From Alphaproteobacteria bacterium (GTDB lineage Bacteria; Pseudomonadota; Alphaproteobacteria; GCA-2731375), in NCBI GenBank assembly GCA_965232515.1, contig CBDDPY010000002.1, positions 192,001 to 256,000 of the forward strand: a stretch of DNA of 64,000 bases, read 5' to 3'. Below the pieces are notes generated by a model. It ran no database searches. It was given only the letters and a program-made list of their open reading frames with translations, and was not told the origin of the DNA. Of this stretch, positions 10,101 to 18,291 are shown one piece after another. Positions within the stretch are counted from its first letter, which is position 1. Each line of letters begins with the position of its first letter. Made by a program: the position numbers and the translations under genes.

Positions 10101-10441
10101 ACCTGTTCTCCTATCTCAGCCAGGCAGACGGTACCGAGATCGCCGGCAATTCGACTGTCGGCACCACGTCGACCGATCTCATCCAGGACTTCGAGAGCGG
10201 CGTCGACAAGTTCGTGTTCGACGCCACCGAATTCGATCCCGACGCGACCTTTGTCACCATCGGCAGCGCCTACAACGGCAACAACTCGGGTGTACAGTCC
10301 GGCGCCGCGTTCGTCTTCGACGGCACGCACCTGATCTATGACGAAGATGTCACGTCGGAAGGCTATACCGTGGTTGCCGACACCAACGGCCAGCAGGTCA
10401 CCGCGGACGATATCGACAACTCGAACTCGTCCAGTTCATAG
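7109..10441 (+). CDS. T1SS-secreted RTX protein: FecR domain, cadherin-like domain, Ca-binding GGxGxD repeats, DUF4114-like domain
   Basis: GDVVETG...TPLATIGVRGT (FecR); ATDPD...LDFE (cadherin); many GGAGDD nonapeptides; EGAGFENTFGYY...WEDL..GDGDFND (DUF4114-like); DLIQDFESGVDKF C-terminal secretion region. Confidence 0.9.
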   Translation: MNPKPMATDAVVDPRAADMGDYTAVLDAAGRGNLVVDQDLLILVGDYQKSGTDLILTGPDGAKVLVLNYFESSTPPDLWTAGGARVASETAAKLAGVHDLVQYAQASDTTGAIQPIGVAEAVRGDVLAVRADGTRVVLQDGSPVFQGDVVETGDGASVGLRFNDDTSFAMQGNGRMVLDELIYDPGTQSGSAAVSVLQGAFVFVTGQVAKTDPSSFSVSTPLATIGVRGTMVGGTQGDRLDIYFNEGAGFIQNAGGRVDIDAGERTFVLGFNLIPQTPQATPPGLFDSLFQSALGVLPATQFYTPGQRGSADEPTDEEAQAAAEVAPEAGEGAIPVVDVTLQQELVPQLPTLLNLAPLPPGLQASLQRGGAARRSDNDDVIFAALNQAPFAIELSDVSASEGAAIGSVIGVLSATDPDDGELTFSIVSDPDDRFEIVGNELRLTAPLDFETQQFHDVVVRATDSEGLSVDRAFAISVSDVPDTVIFGTPGDDVLVGGPGADLFIASPGDDVLDGLGGSDTVDYSDSETGIIADLSAGSVTGGFDATDTLSNIENVTGTGQNDVLIGDAGDNILQGGAGDDTLDGGEGNDTLLAGDGDDTIIGGHGEGDDNIDGGAGNDTVSYTSAVAGIVVNLETGVAFGDPAIGVDTLNAVENVIGGQANDLIVGNAADNRLEGGMGDDVVLGGDGNDQIFGGDIRTREPVVLTRPGDVYDISEVEQVNLRVDFVSEGAGFENTFGYYLADADGVPLSGQIVFANVDIADTASFNLDATALAGAAQLGFFVIPDGFGLNDVLVDGAEIGFAFVDGFWTVTLGGEALEGDGAPALFSDPNLNADGFDHEIDNDEPGNSNWEDLAGGGDGDFNDLNLDITVTEIPAEDGDDTLSGGVGDDQIFGGSGDDVLNGDEGNDRLSGGAGNDQIDGGAGNFDVVLYDDFDGIMGVEVDLVAGTARDSHGDTDQLSNVEGVVGSRFDDLIVGDAADNLIAGGEGSDVMTGGDGADLFSYLSQADGTEIAGNSTVGTTSTDLIQDFESGVDKFVFDATEFDPDATFVTIGSAYNGNNSGVQSGAAFVFDGTHLIYDEDVTSEGYTVVADTNGQQVTADDIDNSNSSSS

Positions 10442-10556
10442 CGTTCCGTGCGTATCGCGCGTTGGACAAGGCGCGCGACAATCGTTAACGGATTGTTGCC
10501 ATTCACGCTTAATATTGCGGCCGTTGCCCCGGCGACCAGCATGCCAGGACGGTTGC

Positions 10557-12287
10557 ATGACGACGGACAGGACCACTAGCGCTTGGCTGCGGCCGATCCT
10601 CGGATCGGTGCGCGGGATGCTGGCCGAGCTGCTGACGCTGTCGTTCTTCGTCAATGTGCTAGCGCTCGCCGTGCCGATCTTCGTGCTGCAGGTCTACGAC
10701 CGGGTGGTCTCGCAGAACGGCCTGACCACATTGCAGGGATTGCTGATCGGCGTCCTGATCGCGATTGTCTTCGATTTCGTGCTTCGGCAGACCCGCAGTC
10801 GTCTGCTGCAGCGCATGGCCATGCGCTACGACGTCGAGGTCGGCCGCGCCCTGTTCGAGAAGGTTCAGCGGCTGCCGCTGCGGACGCTCGAAGCGCGTCC
10901 GGCGGCGTTCTGGCAGATGCTGTTCCGGGACGTCGAGGTCCTGCGCAACACCGTTGCCGGCCCGCCGGCGATCCTGCTGGTCGATCTGCCGTTCGCCATA
11001 CTGTTCATCGCCATCATCTATGTGGTGGCGGCGCCGATCATCTGGGTCCTGTTCGCCATTCTGCCGCTGTTCGTGCTGTTGGCCTTGCGTTCGGGCAGCG
11101 CCGTTCGGGCGGCGGCCGACGCCGAGCGTGATGCGACGGTGGACCGCGACTCGCTGGTCTCCGACATCATCGGCAACCGCACCACGATCAAGGCGCTCGC
11201 GCTCGACGAGGCCATGCAGCCGCTCTGGGAAGACCGCCACGCATCGACGATCGAGCGCGCTGTGACGCGCGGCCGGCGCGCGGACGGCTATCACAATCTG
11301 GGCCTGTCGCTCAGTATCCTGACCACGGTTGCGATCACCAGCGTCGGCGCGCTGGCGATCATGGAACAGGCCCTGACCATCGGCGCCTTGATCGCCACCA
11401 ACATGCTGAGCAACCGGATCGTCGGCCCGTTCACACAGCTCGTCACCACCTGGCGCGGCATCGTCTCGTTCCGGCAATCGCTGAAGCGCCTGCGCGAAGC
11501 CTTCGATCTCGTCGAGGAGCCGGCGCATGACAGCGTCGAGATGCCGACGCCGAAGGGCGATCTGGAAGCCGACGCGGTGGTGTTCGCCTACGGCCCCAAC
11601 ACGGCCCCGGTTCTCGACCGGATTTCGTTTCGGGTCGGCCCCGGTGGCCTGCACGCGATCGTCGGTCGCAACGGCAGCGGCAAGACCACGCTGATGAAGA
11701 TAATGCACGGGCTTTATGCGCCGGCCGGCGGCCGCATGCTGCTCGACGGCGCCGATATCGGCCAGTTCTCGCGCCGACGGCTGGCACACTGGATCGGCTA
11801 TGTGCCGCAGGACACCGTTCTGCTCTCCGCCTCGATCCGCGAGAACATCGCCAAGGGCTGGGAGGGCATCGGCGACGACGACGTGCTGCGCGCTGCCCGG
11901 GCCGCGGGCGCGCACGACTTCATCGTCGACTTGCCCGAGGGCTACGGCGCCCAGGTCGGCGAGGGCGGCGGCCGCCTGTCGGGCGGCCAGCGGCAGCGTA
12001 TCGCCATCGCCCGCGCGCTGGTCGGCCAGCCGGCGATCCTGCTGCTGGACGAGCCGTCCGCCAGCCTCGACCGGCAGGCGGAGGAAGACCTGCGCGACAC
12101 GCTGATCGATCTCGCCCGCGAGCATACCGTTGTCGTCGTCACCCACAGCGCCATCCTGCTGCCGGCCTGCCACAACATCATGGTGCTGGATCAGGGCCGC
12201 ATCGTCATGGGCGGTCCGACGGCACAGATGCTGCCGCGTCTGTTCGGCAAGGCCGAGCAGCCGGCCGTTCTGGAGCGCAAGGCATGA
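10557..12287 (+). CDS. Type I secretion ABC transporter (permease + ATPase)
   Basis: LQVYDRV, Walker [28 protein letters not shown]; no N-terminal C39-like domain. Confidence 0.93.
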   Translation: MTTDRTTSAWLRPILGSVRGMLAELLTLSFFVNVLALAVPIFVLQVYDRVVSQNGLTTLQGLLIGVLIAIVFDFVLRQTRSRLLQRMAMRYDVEVGRALFEKVQRLPLRTLEARPAAFWQMLFRDVEVLRNTVAGPPAILLVDLPFAILFIAIIYVVAAPIIWVLFAILPLFVLLALRSGSAVRAAADAERDATVDRDSLVSDIIGNRTTIKALALDEAMQPLWEDRHASTIERAVTRGRRADGYHNLGLSLSILTTVAITSVGALAIMEQALTIGALIATNMLSNRIVGPFTQLVTTWRGIVSFRQSLKRLREAFDLVEEPAHDSVEMPTPKGDLEADAVVFAYGPNTAPVLDRISFRVGPGGLHAIVGRNGSGKTTLMKIMHGLYAPAGGRMLLDGADIGQFSRRRLAHWIGYVPQDTVLLSASIRENIAKGWEGIGDDDVLRAARAAGAHDFIVDLPEGYGAQVGEGGGRLSGGQRQRIAIARALVGQPAILLLDEPSASLDRQAEEDLRDTLIDLAREHTVVVVTHSAILLPACHNIMVLDQGRIVMGGPTAQMLPRLFGKAEQPAVLERKA

Positions 12288-13573
12288 GCCGGCTGGACGA
12301 TCTCTATCAACGCTACCCGCTGCCGACCTGGCGGCCGATCGCCTGGATATCCATGCTGCTGGTCGCGGCGTTTATCGGCTGGAGCTTCGTCGCCGAGCTT
12401 GAAGAAGTCGCCAGCACGTCGGGCGAGGTCGTGCCGCAGGGCAAGGTCAAGCTGATCCAGCATCTGGAAGGCGGCATCGTCGACGAGATCCTTGTCGCCG
12501 AAGGCAATGCGGTGGAAGAGGGCGCGCCGCTGGTGCGCCTGGATCTGCCGACGACGGCGATCAACCGCGAGGAGCTGCAGGTTCAGCTCGATGCCCTCTT
12601 GCTCACCCGCGCCCGCCTGAAGTCCGAGAGCGCCGGCGGCGACCTCGTCTTCCCGAAGGCCGAGAGCGAGCGGCATGCCGATCTGGTGGATACCGAGCAG
12701 GCAACCTTCGAAGCCCATCGCCGGCAACTGGACAGCCGCGTGGCGGCGCTGAAAAGCCGACAGGAACAACGACGGTTGGACCTCGCCGAACTGGAAGCGA
12801 AGCAGCGGGCGTTGGAGAACAATCTTCGGCTGGCGCGCGAGGAATTCGCGATCTCGGCCCGGCTGCGCGAACGCGAGCTGACGCCGAAGATCGAGCACCT
12901 GCAGCTGCAGCGCCAGGTCGAGGCGCTCGAGGGCGAGCTCAAGGTGCTGACGCCGACGATTCCCCGAGCACGGGCCGCCATTGAAGAAGCCGGCCAGCGT
13001 ATCACCGAGGAGTTGGAGCAGGCCCGTTCGCGCGCGCTGCAGGACCTGAGCCGCGCCGAGCTGGATATCGCCCGCCTGCGCGAGCGACTGGCGGAAGCAA
13101 CGGACCAGCGTCTGCGCACGACCATCCGCAGTCCGATCCGCGGCGTGGTCAAGAACCTGCGCTACAACACCATCGGCGGCGTGGTCCGGCCCGGCGAGAC
13201 GATCATGGAGATCGTGCCGGCGGACGACAGGTTGGTGATCGCCGCGCAACTGAGCCCGGCAGACCGCGGTTATGTGCAGGTTGGCCATACCGCCCTGATC
13301 AAGATTTCGGCCTACGATTTCTTTCAATACGGTGGATTGGAAGGGCGGGTCACGCAGATCGCGGCCGATACCAACCGGGCGCCCGACGGCACATCTTATT
13401 TCGACGTCGTCATCGAGACCGATCAGTCGTATCTCGATTCCGGTGGCGAGCCGCTGTTGATTCAGGCCGGCATGCAGGCGACGGTCGACATCAAGACCGG
13501 CACCCGGTCGGTGCTGCGTTACCTGTTGAAGCCCGTTCTGAAACTCCAGCACGAAGCGTTTCGCGAACGCTGA
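12284..13573 (+). CDS. HlyD-family T1SS membrane fusion protein
   Basis: IQHLEGGIV, IRSPIRGVV, GGVVRPGETIMEIVP, GMQATVDIKTG.RSVLRYLLKP; ATGA overlap with ABC gene. Confidence 0.95.
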   Translation: MSRLDDLYQRYPLPTWRPIAWISMLLVAAFIGWSFVAELEEVASTSGEVVPQGKVKLIQHLEGGIVDEILVAEGNAVEEGAPLVRLDLPTTAINREELQVQLDALLLTRARLKSESAGGDLVFPKAESERHADLVDTEQATFEAHRRQLDSRVAALKSRQEQRRLDLAELEAKQRALENNLRLAREEFAISARLRERELTPKIEHLQLQRQVEALEGELKVLTPTIPRARAAIEEAGQRITEELEQARSRALQDLSRAELDIARLRERLAEATDQRLRTTIRSPIRGVVKNLRYNTIGGVVRPGETIMEIVPADDRLVIAAQLSPADRGYVQVGHTALIKISAYDFFQYGGLEGRVTQIAADTNRAPDGTSYFDVVIETDQSYLDSGGEPLLIQAGMQATVDIKTGTRSVLRYLLKPVLKLQHEAFRER

Positions 13574-13600
13574 GCCACGCCGCCGCGCCGGTTACGCCGT

Positions 13601-16288
13601 ATGGCCTTCATCAACACGCTTCCGATTATGACCATGGCGCAGCGCCTGTTGCCGCTCAGCCGGGCACAGTTGAGCCTGCGGCGGATTGTGGCGCTCATGT
13701 TTCTGGCAGCCATGCTGGGATTGCGGATCTGGGACCCGATTGTCGTCGAGATGCTGCGCCTGCGCTCGTTCGATCTGCTGCAACGCATAAGTCCGTATGA
13801 GAGCGATAACCGGCCCGTGGTCATCGTCGACATCGACGAGGCGAGCCTGAAGAAACTTGGACAATGGCCATGGTCGCGGTCACTGCTGGGCCAGTTGCTG
13901 GTCGAGCTGCAGCAGCGCGGCGCTGTCGTGGTCGGCTTCGACGTCGTTTTCGCCGAACGCGATCGGCTGTCGCCCGGCGCGCTCGCCGATGTCATCGATC
14001 AGCTCGATGCCGACACGCGCCGTCGTCTCAACCAGCTGCCCAACAACGACTTGCTGTTCGCGCAGATCATCGAGCAGGGACGGGTGGTCACCGGCCGCTT
14101 CGGCCTCTCCTCGATACAGCCCGGCGCGGATCGCGAGCTGGTCCGCAAGTCCAGCATCGCCACCCTCGGCGGGCTGCCGCAGCCTTACCTCTTCAGCCTG
14201 GCGGGCGTGGTGCAGAACATTCCCGAAATCGACCTGGCAGCGGCCGGTACCGGCATGCTCAGCATCATCCCGGAACCGGACGGCATTGTCCGGCGGGTGC
14301 CGGCGCTGCTGCGCTGGGGCGACCGGGTGATGCCGGCCCTGAGTATCGAGATGCTGCGCGTGGCGACCGGTCAGCAAACGATCGCCACCAAGGTCGACGA
14401 AGCCGGCGTCAAGTCGGTCGTGGTCGCCGGCGTCGAGATTCCGCTCGACCGTCAGGGCCGCATGTGGGTGCGGGCCTCGCACCACGATCCCGGGCGCTAT
14501 GTCTCGGCGCAAGACGTGCTGGCGGGCAACGTCGACCGGTCCGCCATCGAGGGTAAGCTGGTTCTGATCGGCGTTTCGGCCGCGGGCCTTCTCGATATCA
14601 AAGCGACGCCGCTCGAAGCCGCCATGCCCGGCGTCGAGGTGCATGCCCAGTTGCTGGAGACGATCCTGGCCCAGGCCAACCTGGTGCGGCCGAACTACGC
14701 CATCGGCATGGAACTCAGCACGGCGGCCGTTGTCGGCATCCTGCTGATCATCTTCGTGCCGATGCTGGGCGCGCGCTGGACCCTCGGCGTGCTGCTGGTG
14801 GTCAGCGTCGCGCTGCTCGACCTGGTCTATTACCTGTTCGCCAACCAACAGCTGCTGATCGATCCGTCGTTTCCGCTGATCACGGCGGCGGCGCTCTACG
14901 CCATGCTGGTCTATTCCGGCTACATGTCCGAGGAACGTCAGCGGCGATACATCCGCCAGACCTTCGGTCAATACCTGTCGCCGGCGCTCGTCAATCAACT
15001 CGCCGACGATCCGAGCAAGGTTAGGCTCGGCGGCGATACGCGGGAGATGACCTTTATGTTTTCGGACGTGCGGGGGTTCACCAGCATCTCCGAGAATTTC
15101 CAGGACGATCCGCAGGGCCTGACCGCGCTGATCAACCGATTCCTGACGCCGATGACGAACGCGGTGCTGCGTCAGAGCGGCACGGTCGACAAGTATATGG
15201 GCGACTGCATCATGGCGTTCTGGAACGCGCCGCTGGAAGACCCGGGGCATGCGTCGCACGCCTGCCAGGCGGCGCTCGACATGCACAAGGCGCTGGATGC
15301 GCTGAACGCCGAGCTGCGCCTGGAGGCGGCTGGCGATCCCACGCGGGCCGAGCACTCCGACTACAGCCTCGCCAAGCGGTACAGTTTGGGCATCGACGGC
15401 GAGTCGGATGCGGCGAAAGCGTTCGAGCTGTTCAAGCGCGAGGCCGAGCAGGGCTTCGCCAACGCCCAATACAGTCTCGGCAAGGCCTATCGCGACGGCG
15501 CCGGCGTCGAGGCCGACCCGGCCGCCGCGGCGAGGTGGTTCCTGGCCGCCGCCGAGCAGGGCTACGCCAAGGCGCAACGCCATATCGGCACGCGGTTGGC
15601 CCGCGGCATCGGCGTCGAGCGCGACGACGTCCAGGGCTTGATGTGGCTGACGCTCGCCGGCCAGGCTGGCCTCGCGGCGGCCGAGGAGGGACGCAAGAGC
15701 CTGATCAAGAACATGACGACGGCGCAGGTCACCGAGGCCGAGCAATGGGCCCGTCTGTGGCGGCCCAGGGTGTCCGGCGCCCGGGCCATCAAGCTTGAGA
15801 TCGGCGTCGGCTTGAATACCGGCCCGTGCGTTGTCGGCAACATGGGCTCGGAGCAACGCTTCGACTATTCGGTCCTGGGCGATGCCGTGAACCTGGCGGC
15901 GCGCCTGGAGGGGCAGTCCAAGAACTACGGTGTCGGTATCGTGATCAGCGAGGAGACCCGGAAACAAGCGCCGGAATTCGCCGCCATCGAGCTCGATCTC
16001 ATCGCGGTCAAGGGCAAGCGCGAGGCCGTGCGGATCTTCGGCCTGGTCGGCAATGCCGAGACGGCGGCCGACGGAAGCTTTCAGGCCCTGATCGCCAACC
16101 ACGAGCGCATGCTTGCCGCTTACCGGGCGCAACGGTGGCAGGAGGCCCGGGAGCTGGTGGCGGCCTGCCAGGAGATCGAGGACCGTTACGACGATCTCTA
16201 CGAGCTCTATCGCGGCCGCATCGCGCAATACGAGGCCGACCCGCCAGGTCCGGATTGGGACGGCATCTTCGTGGCGCAGACCAAGTAG
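13601..16288 (+). CDS. CHASE2-domain class III adenylate cyclase with internal Sel1 repeats
   Basis: VVIVDIDE..GQWPWSR, FDVVFAE, PGVEVHA (CHASE2); TM helices; FSDVRGFT, DKYMGD, GDAVNLAARLE (cyclase); AEQGFANAQYSLG, AAEQGYAKAQ (Sel1). Confidence 0.93.
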   Translation: MAFINTLPIMTMAQRLLPLSRAQLSLRRIVALMFLAAMLGLRIWDPIVVEMLRLRSFDLLQRISPYESDNRPVVIVDIDEASLKKLGQWPWSRSLLGQLLVELQQRGAVVVGFDVVFAERDRLSPGALADVIDQLDADTRRRLNQLPNNDLLFAQIIEQGRVVTGRFGLSSIQPGADRELVRKSSIATLGGLPQPYLFSLAGVVQNIPEIDLAAAGTGMLSIIPEPDGIVRRVPALLRWGDRVMPALSIEMLRVATGQQTIATKVDEAGVKSVVVAGVEIPLDRQGRMWVRASHHDPGRYVSAQDVLAGNVDRSAIEGKLVLIGVSAAGLLDIKATPLEAAMPGVEVHAQLLETILAQANLVRPNYAIGMELSTAAVVGILLIIFVPMLGARWTLGVLLVVSVALLDLVYYLFANQQLLIDPSFPLITAAALYAMLVYSGYMSEERQRRYIRQTFGQYLSPALVNQLADDPSKVRLGGDTREMTFMFSDVRGFTSISENFQDDPQGLTALINRFLTPMTNAVLRQSGTVDKYMGDCIMAFWNAPLEDPGHASHACQAALDMHKALDALNAELRLEAAGDPTRAEHSDYSLAKRYSLGIDGESDAAKAFELFKREAEQGFANAQYSLGKAYRDGAGVEADPAAAARWFLAAAEQGYAKAQRHIGTRLARGIGVERDDVQGLMWLTLAGQAGLAAAEEGRKSLIKNMTTAQVTEAEQWARLWRPRVSGARAIKLEIGVGLNTGPCVVGNMGSEQRFDYSVLGDAVNLAARLEGQSKNYGVGIVISEETRKQAPEFAAIELDLIAVKGKREAVRIFGLVGNAETAADGSFQALIANHERMLAAYRAQRWQEARELVAACQEIEDRYDDLYELYRGRIAQYEADPPGPDWDGIFVAQTK

Positions 16289-16343
16289 GCCCGGACGGAT
16301 AAATCCGCCGGCACGCTTAATTCCGCAAATTGACATAATCTTC

Positions 16344-16383
16344 TTGTGCGGCCTTGGCGCTGCTGATATCTTCTACATTGTAG
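16344..16383 (+). promoter_or_regulatory. Putative sigma70 promoter followed by palindromic operator for PadR gene
   Basis: TTGTGC-N17-TATCTT immediately followed by perfect palindrome CTACA-T-TGTAG (16373-16383), 45 nt before the padR ATG. Confidence 0.45.
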
Positions 16384-16427
16384 TTTTGATGTGCCCTGTG
16401 GGTTTGTGGAGGTCGCGGACGCCGGTC

Positions 16428-16757
16428 ATGCCCAGGAACGACTATCTCGGTGCTTTTGAACAGATCGTTTTGCTGGCTCTGGTGCGCCTGCGGAACAACG
16501 CCTACGGCGTGACGATCCGGCGCGAGATCGCCGAACGCGCCGGACGCGATGTCTCGATTGGCGCCATCTACACCACTCTGGAACGCATGGAACGCAAGGG
16601 ATTGGTGACGTCGTTTCGCGGCGAGCCGACACCGGAACGCGGCGGCCGTGGCAAGCGCTACTACGCCATTGCCGCGCCTGGGGTCGAGGCCTTGAACCGG
16701 TCGCGCGACGTGATCGATCGCATGTGGGACGGCTTGGGAGCTCCCGTGGAGGCATAA
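16428..16757 (+). CDS. PadR-family transcriptional regulator
   Basis: LGAFEQIVLLAL..AYGVTIRREI..SIGAIYTTLERMERKG..GGRGKRYY winged HTH; start at ATG 16428 after GGAGG. Confidence 0.9.
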   Translation: MPRNDYLGAFEQIVLLALVRLRNNAYGVTIRREIAERAGRDVSIGAIYTTLERMERKGLVTSFRGEPTPERGGRGKRYYAIAAPGVEALNRSRDVIDRMWDGLGAPVEA

Positions 16758-16758
16758 G

Positions 16759-17157
16759 ATGCGACGGCAACGAGGGCCGCTACCGCCGAACCGGGTTCGG
16801 AAATCGCACAGCGACTACATACCGCGCTGGGCCGAGACCTTGTTGCGTTGGTCGATCCTGAGAGGCGGCCGGGAGCATATCCCCGGCGATCTGGAGGAGG
16901 AGTTCCACACCGTCATCTTTCCCACGCGCGGCTGGTCGGGCGCGCGCCGCTGGTACATCTGGCAGGTGCTGAAGTCGGTCGCGCCGCTGCTGATGCACGA
17001 GCTGCTCGATTTGCACCGCGCGCCGGTCGGAAACGATGCGCAGGTCGATGGCCTCGCCGAAACCGATGGCGGCGTGCCGCTCTATGCCACCGACCATCCG
17101 GCGGGCGCCAAGGTATCCTTTACGCCGCTCATGCTCGATGGGCGGGTCGGACGCTGA
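16759..17157 (+). CDS. Small protein resembling the N-terminal permease-prefix domain of PadR-associated ABC permeases
   Basis: PRWAETLLRW...GDLEEEF...ARRWYIWQVLKS motif; starts 2 nt after padR stop; no TM segments. Confidence 0.6.
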   Translation: MRRQRGPLPPNRVRKSHSDYIPRWAETLLRWSILRGGREHIPGDLEEEFHTVIFPTRGWSGARRWYIWQVLKSVAPLLMHELLDLHRAPVGNDAQVDGLAETDGGVPLYATDHPAGAKVSFTPLMLDGRVGR

Positions 17158-17169
17158 CGTGAGGGTTGA

Positions 17170-18003
17170 ATGAGGAGGTTGAATGAAAAGGGGATGAAGC
17201 AGATGGCCAAATCAGGAGTTCTCGCCGCCCTGGCCGGGGCCGCGATCGCGTTGTCGACCGGCGGCGCTCAGGCGGCGTCGCAGATGCTGGCGCTGATTTC
17301 GACCGACAGGCCCGTGCAGCTTACCTGCGAGCGCGGCGAATGCTCGGCCGAGCTGACGGCGATCTGCCTGCAGCCGGACCGCGCCAGTCCGCCGCCCGGC
17401 AAACGCTACACTCAGATCGGCGGCGAACAGGTCGCGCTGATCGGCGAGACCGCCGACGGCCGGCAGGTCGCGCTATCCGCGGCCGAGCATGGCGAATTCA
17501 CGGCGCTGCGTGGCCACAACGCCGTCAAGTTCGCCATCGATGGACGTGTTCTGTCAGAGCTTGGCGTGCGCCGGGTTTCGGTGCAGGTCGGCGAGATGGT
17601 GTCGCTGCTGCCCGAGCCGGTGATGGATGATCCGCTTCCGCAGACCGAAGCCGATATCGCGCTGGCGACCGGCCCGATGCGGACGCTGGCCGCGCGACTG
17701 GTCGACAACAGCGGCGACCGCATCGCCGCCGCGCAGATCGCCAGGGATCTGGTGAACTATCTGCCCAAGCTCGGCCGGTCGACGCCGGCGCAGCGGGCCG
17801 CCGCCTGGTCGGCGGTGATCAAGACTGAAGGCGCCGCGCGCACCCAGGCCGCCTTCGCCATGGTCGAGACCGCGCTGGAGCAATGCGACCAGCTCAATCA
17901 GACCAGCGGCATCCGGCTGCGCTCGTGCCTGGGGTCGAAACACGACAGCTTCGTTGGCGAACTCAACAACGGCTACTGGGACGCGATTAAGGCCGGCAGC
18001 TAG
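17170..18003 (+). CDS. Hypothetical exported Cys-containing protein
   Basis: Signal peptide ending AQA-A; five Cys; GC3-biased codons; followed by strong hairpin. Confidence 0.75.
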   Translation: MRRLNEKGMKQMAKSGVLAALAGAAIALSTGGAQAASQMLALISTDRPVQLTCERGECSAELTAICLQPDRASPPPGKRYTQIGGEQVALIGETADGRQVALSAAEHGEFTALRGHNAVKFAIDGRVLSELGVRRVSVQVGEMVSLLPEPVMDDPLPQTEADIALATGPMRTLAARLVDNSGDRIAAAQIARDLVNYLPKLGRSTPAQRAAAWSAVIKTEGAARTQAAFAMVETALEQCDQLNQTSGIRLRSCLGSKHDSFVGELNNGYWDAIKAGS

Positions 18004-18028
18004 TTACGCGTTCATCTGAGATGACGGG

Positions 18029-18056
18029 ACGGCCCGGACCGCGAGGTCCGGGCCGT
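18029..18056. terminator. Stem-loop, probable terminator
   Basis: ACGGCCCGGACC-GCGA-GGTCCGGGCCGT, 12-bp perfect stem with GNRA loop. Confidence 0.7.
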
Positions 18057-18119
18057 TGCCGTTTGGTCACAAACTTGCCCATGCCGCGGCCGTTGCATGA
18101 GCACCGTTGTCCAATCCCC

Positions 18120-18288
18120 GTCGTAACAAGCGAAGTGGGGCGCCAGACCTTGGTCTCAGATAGCGATGGGCTACGACGCCGCGGAACCGGGCACGGCGCT
18201 CGAGGTCGAGATCCTCGGCAAACGCCTTCCGGCAACGGCTATTCCGGAATGGCCGTAAGACCCGGAGAACACGAGCCCGCGTCGCTGA
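18120..18288 (+). pseudogene. Remnant 3' end of a GcvT-family dehydrogenase gene
   Basis: Frame from 18160: IAMGYDAAEPGTALEVEILGKRLPATAIPEWP*DPENTSPRR*; internal TAA at 18256; VVTS...WGxR just upstream with frameshift. Confidence 0.75.
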
Positions 18289-18291
18289 GCG

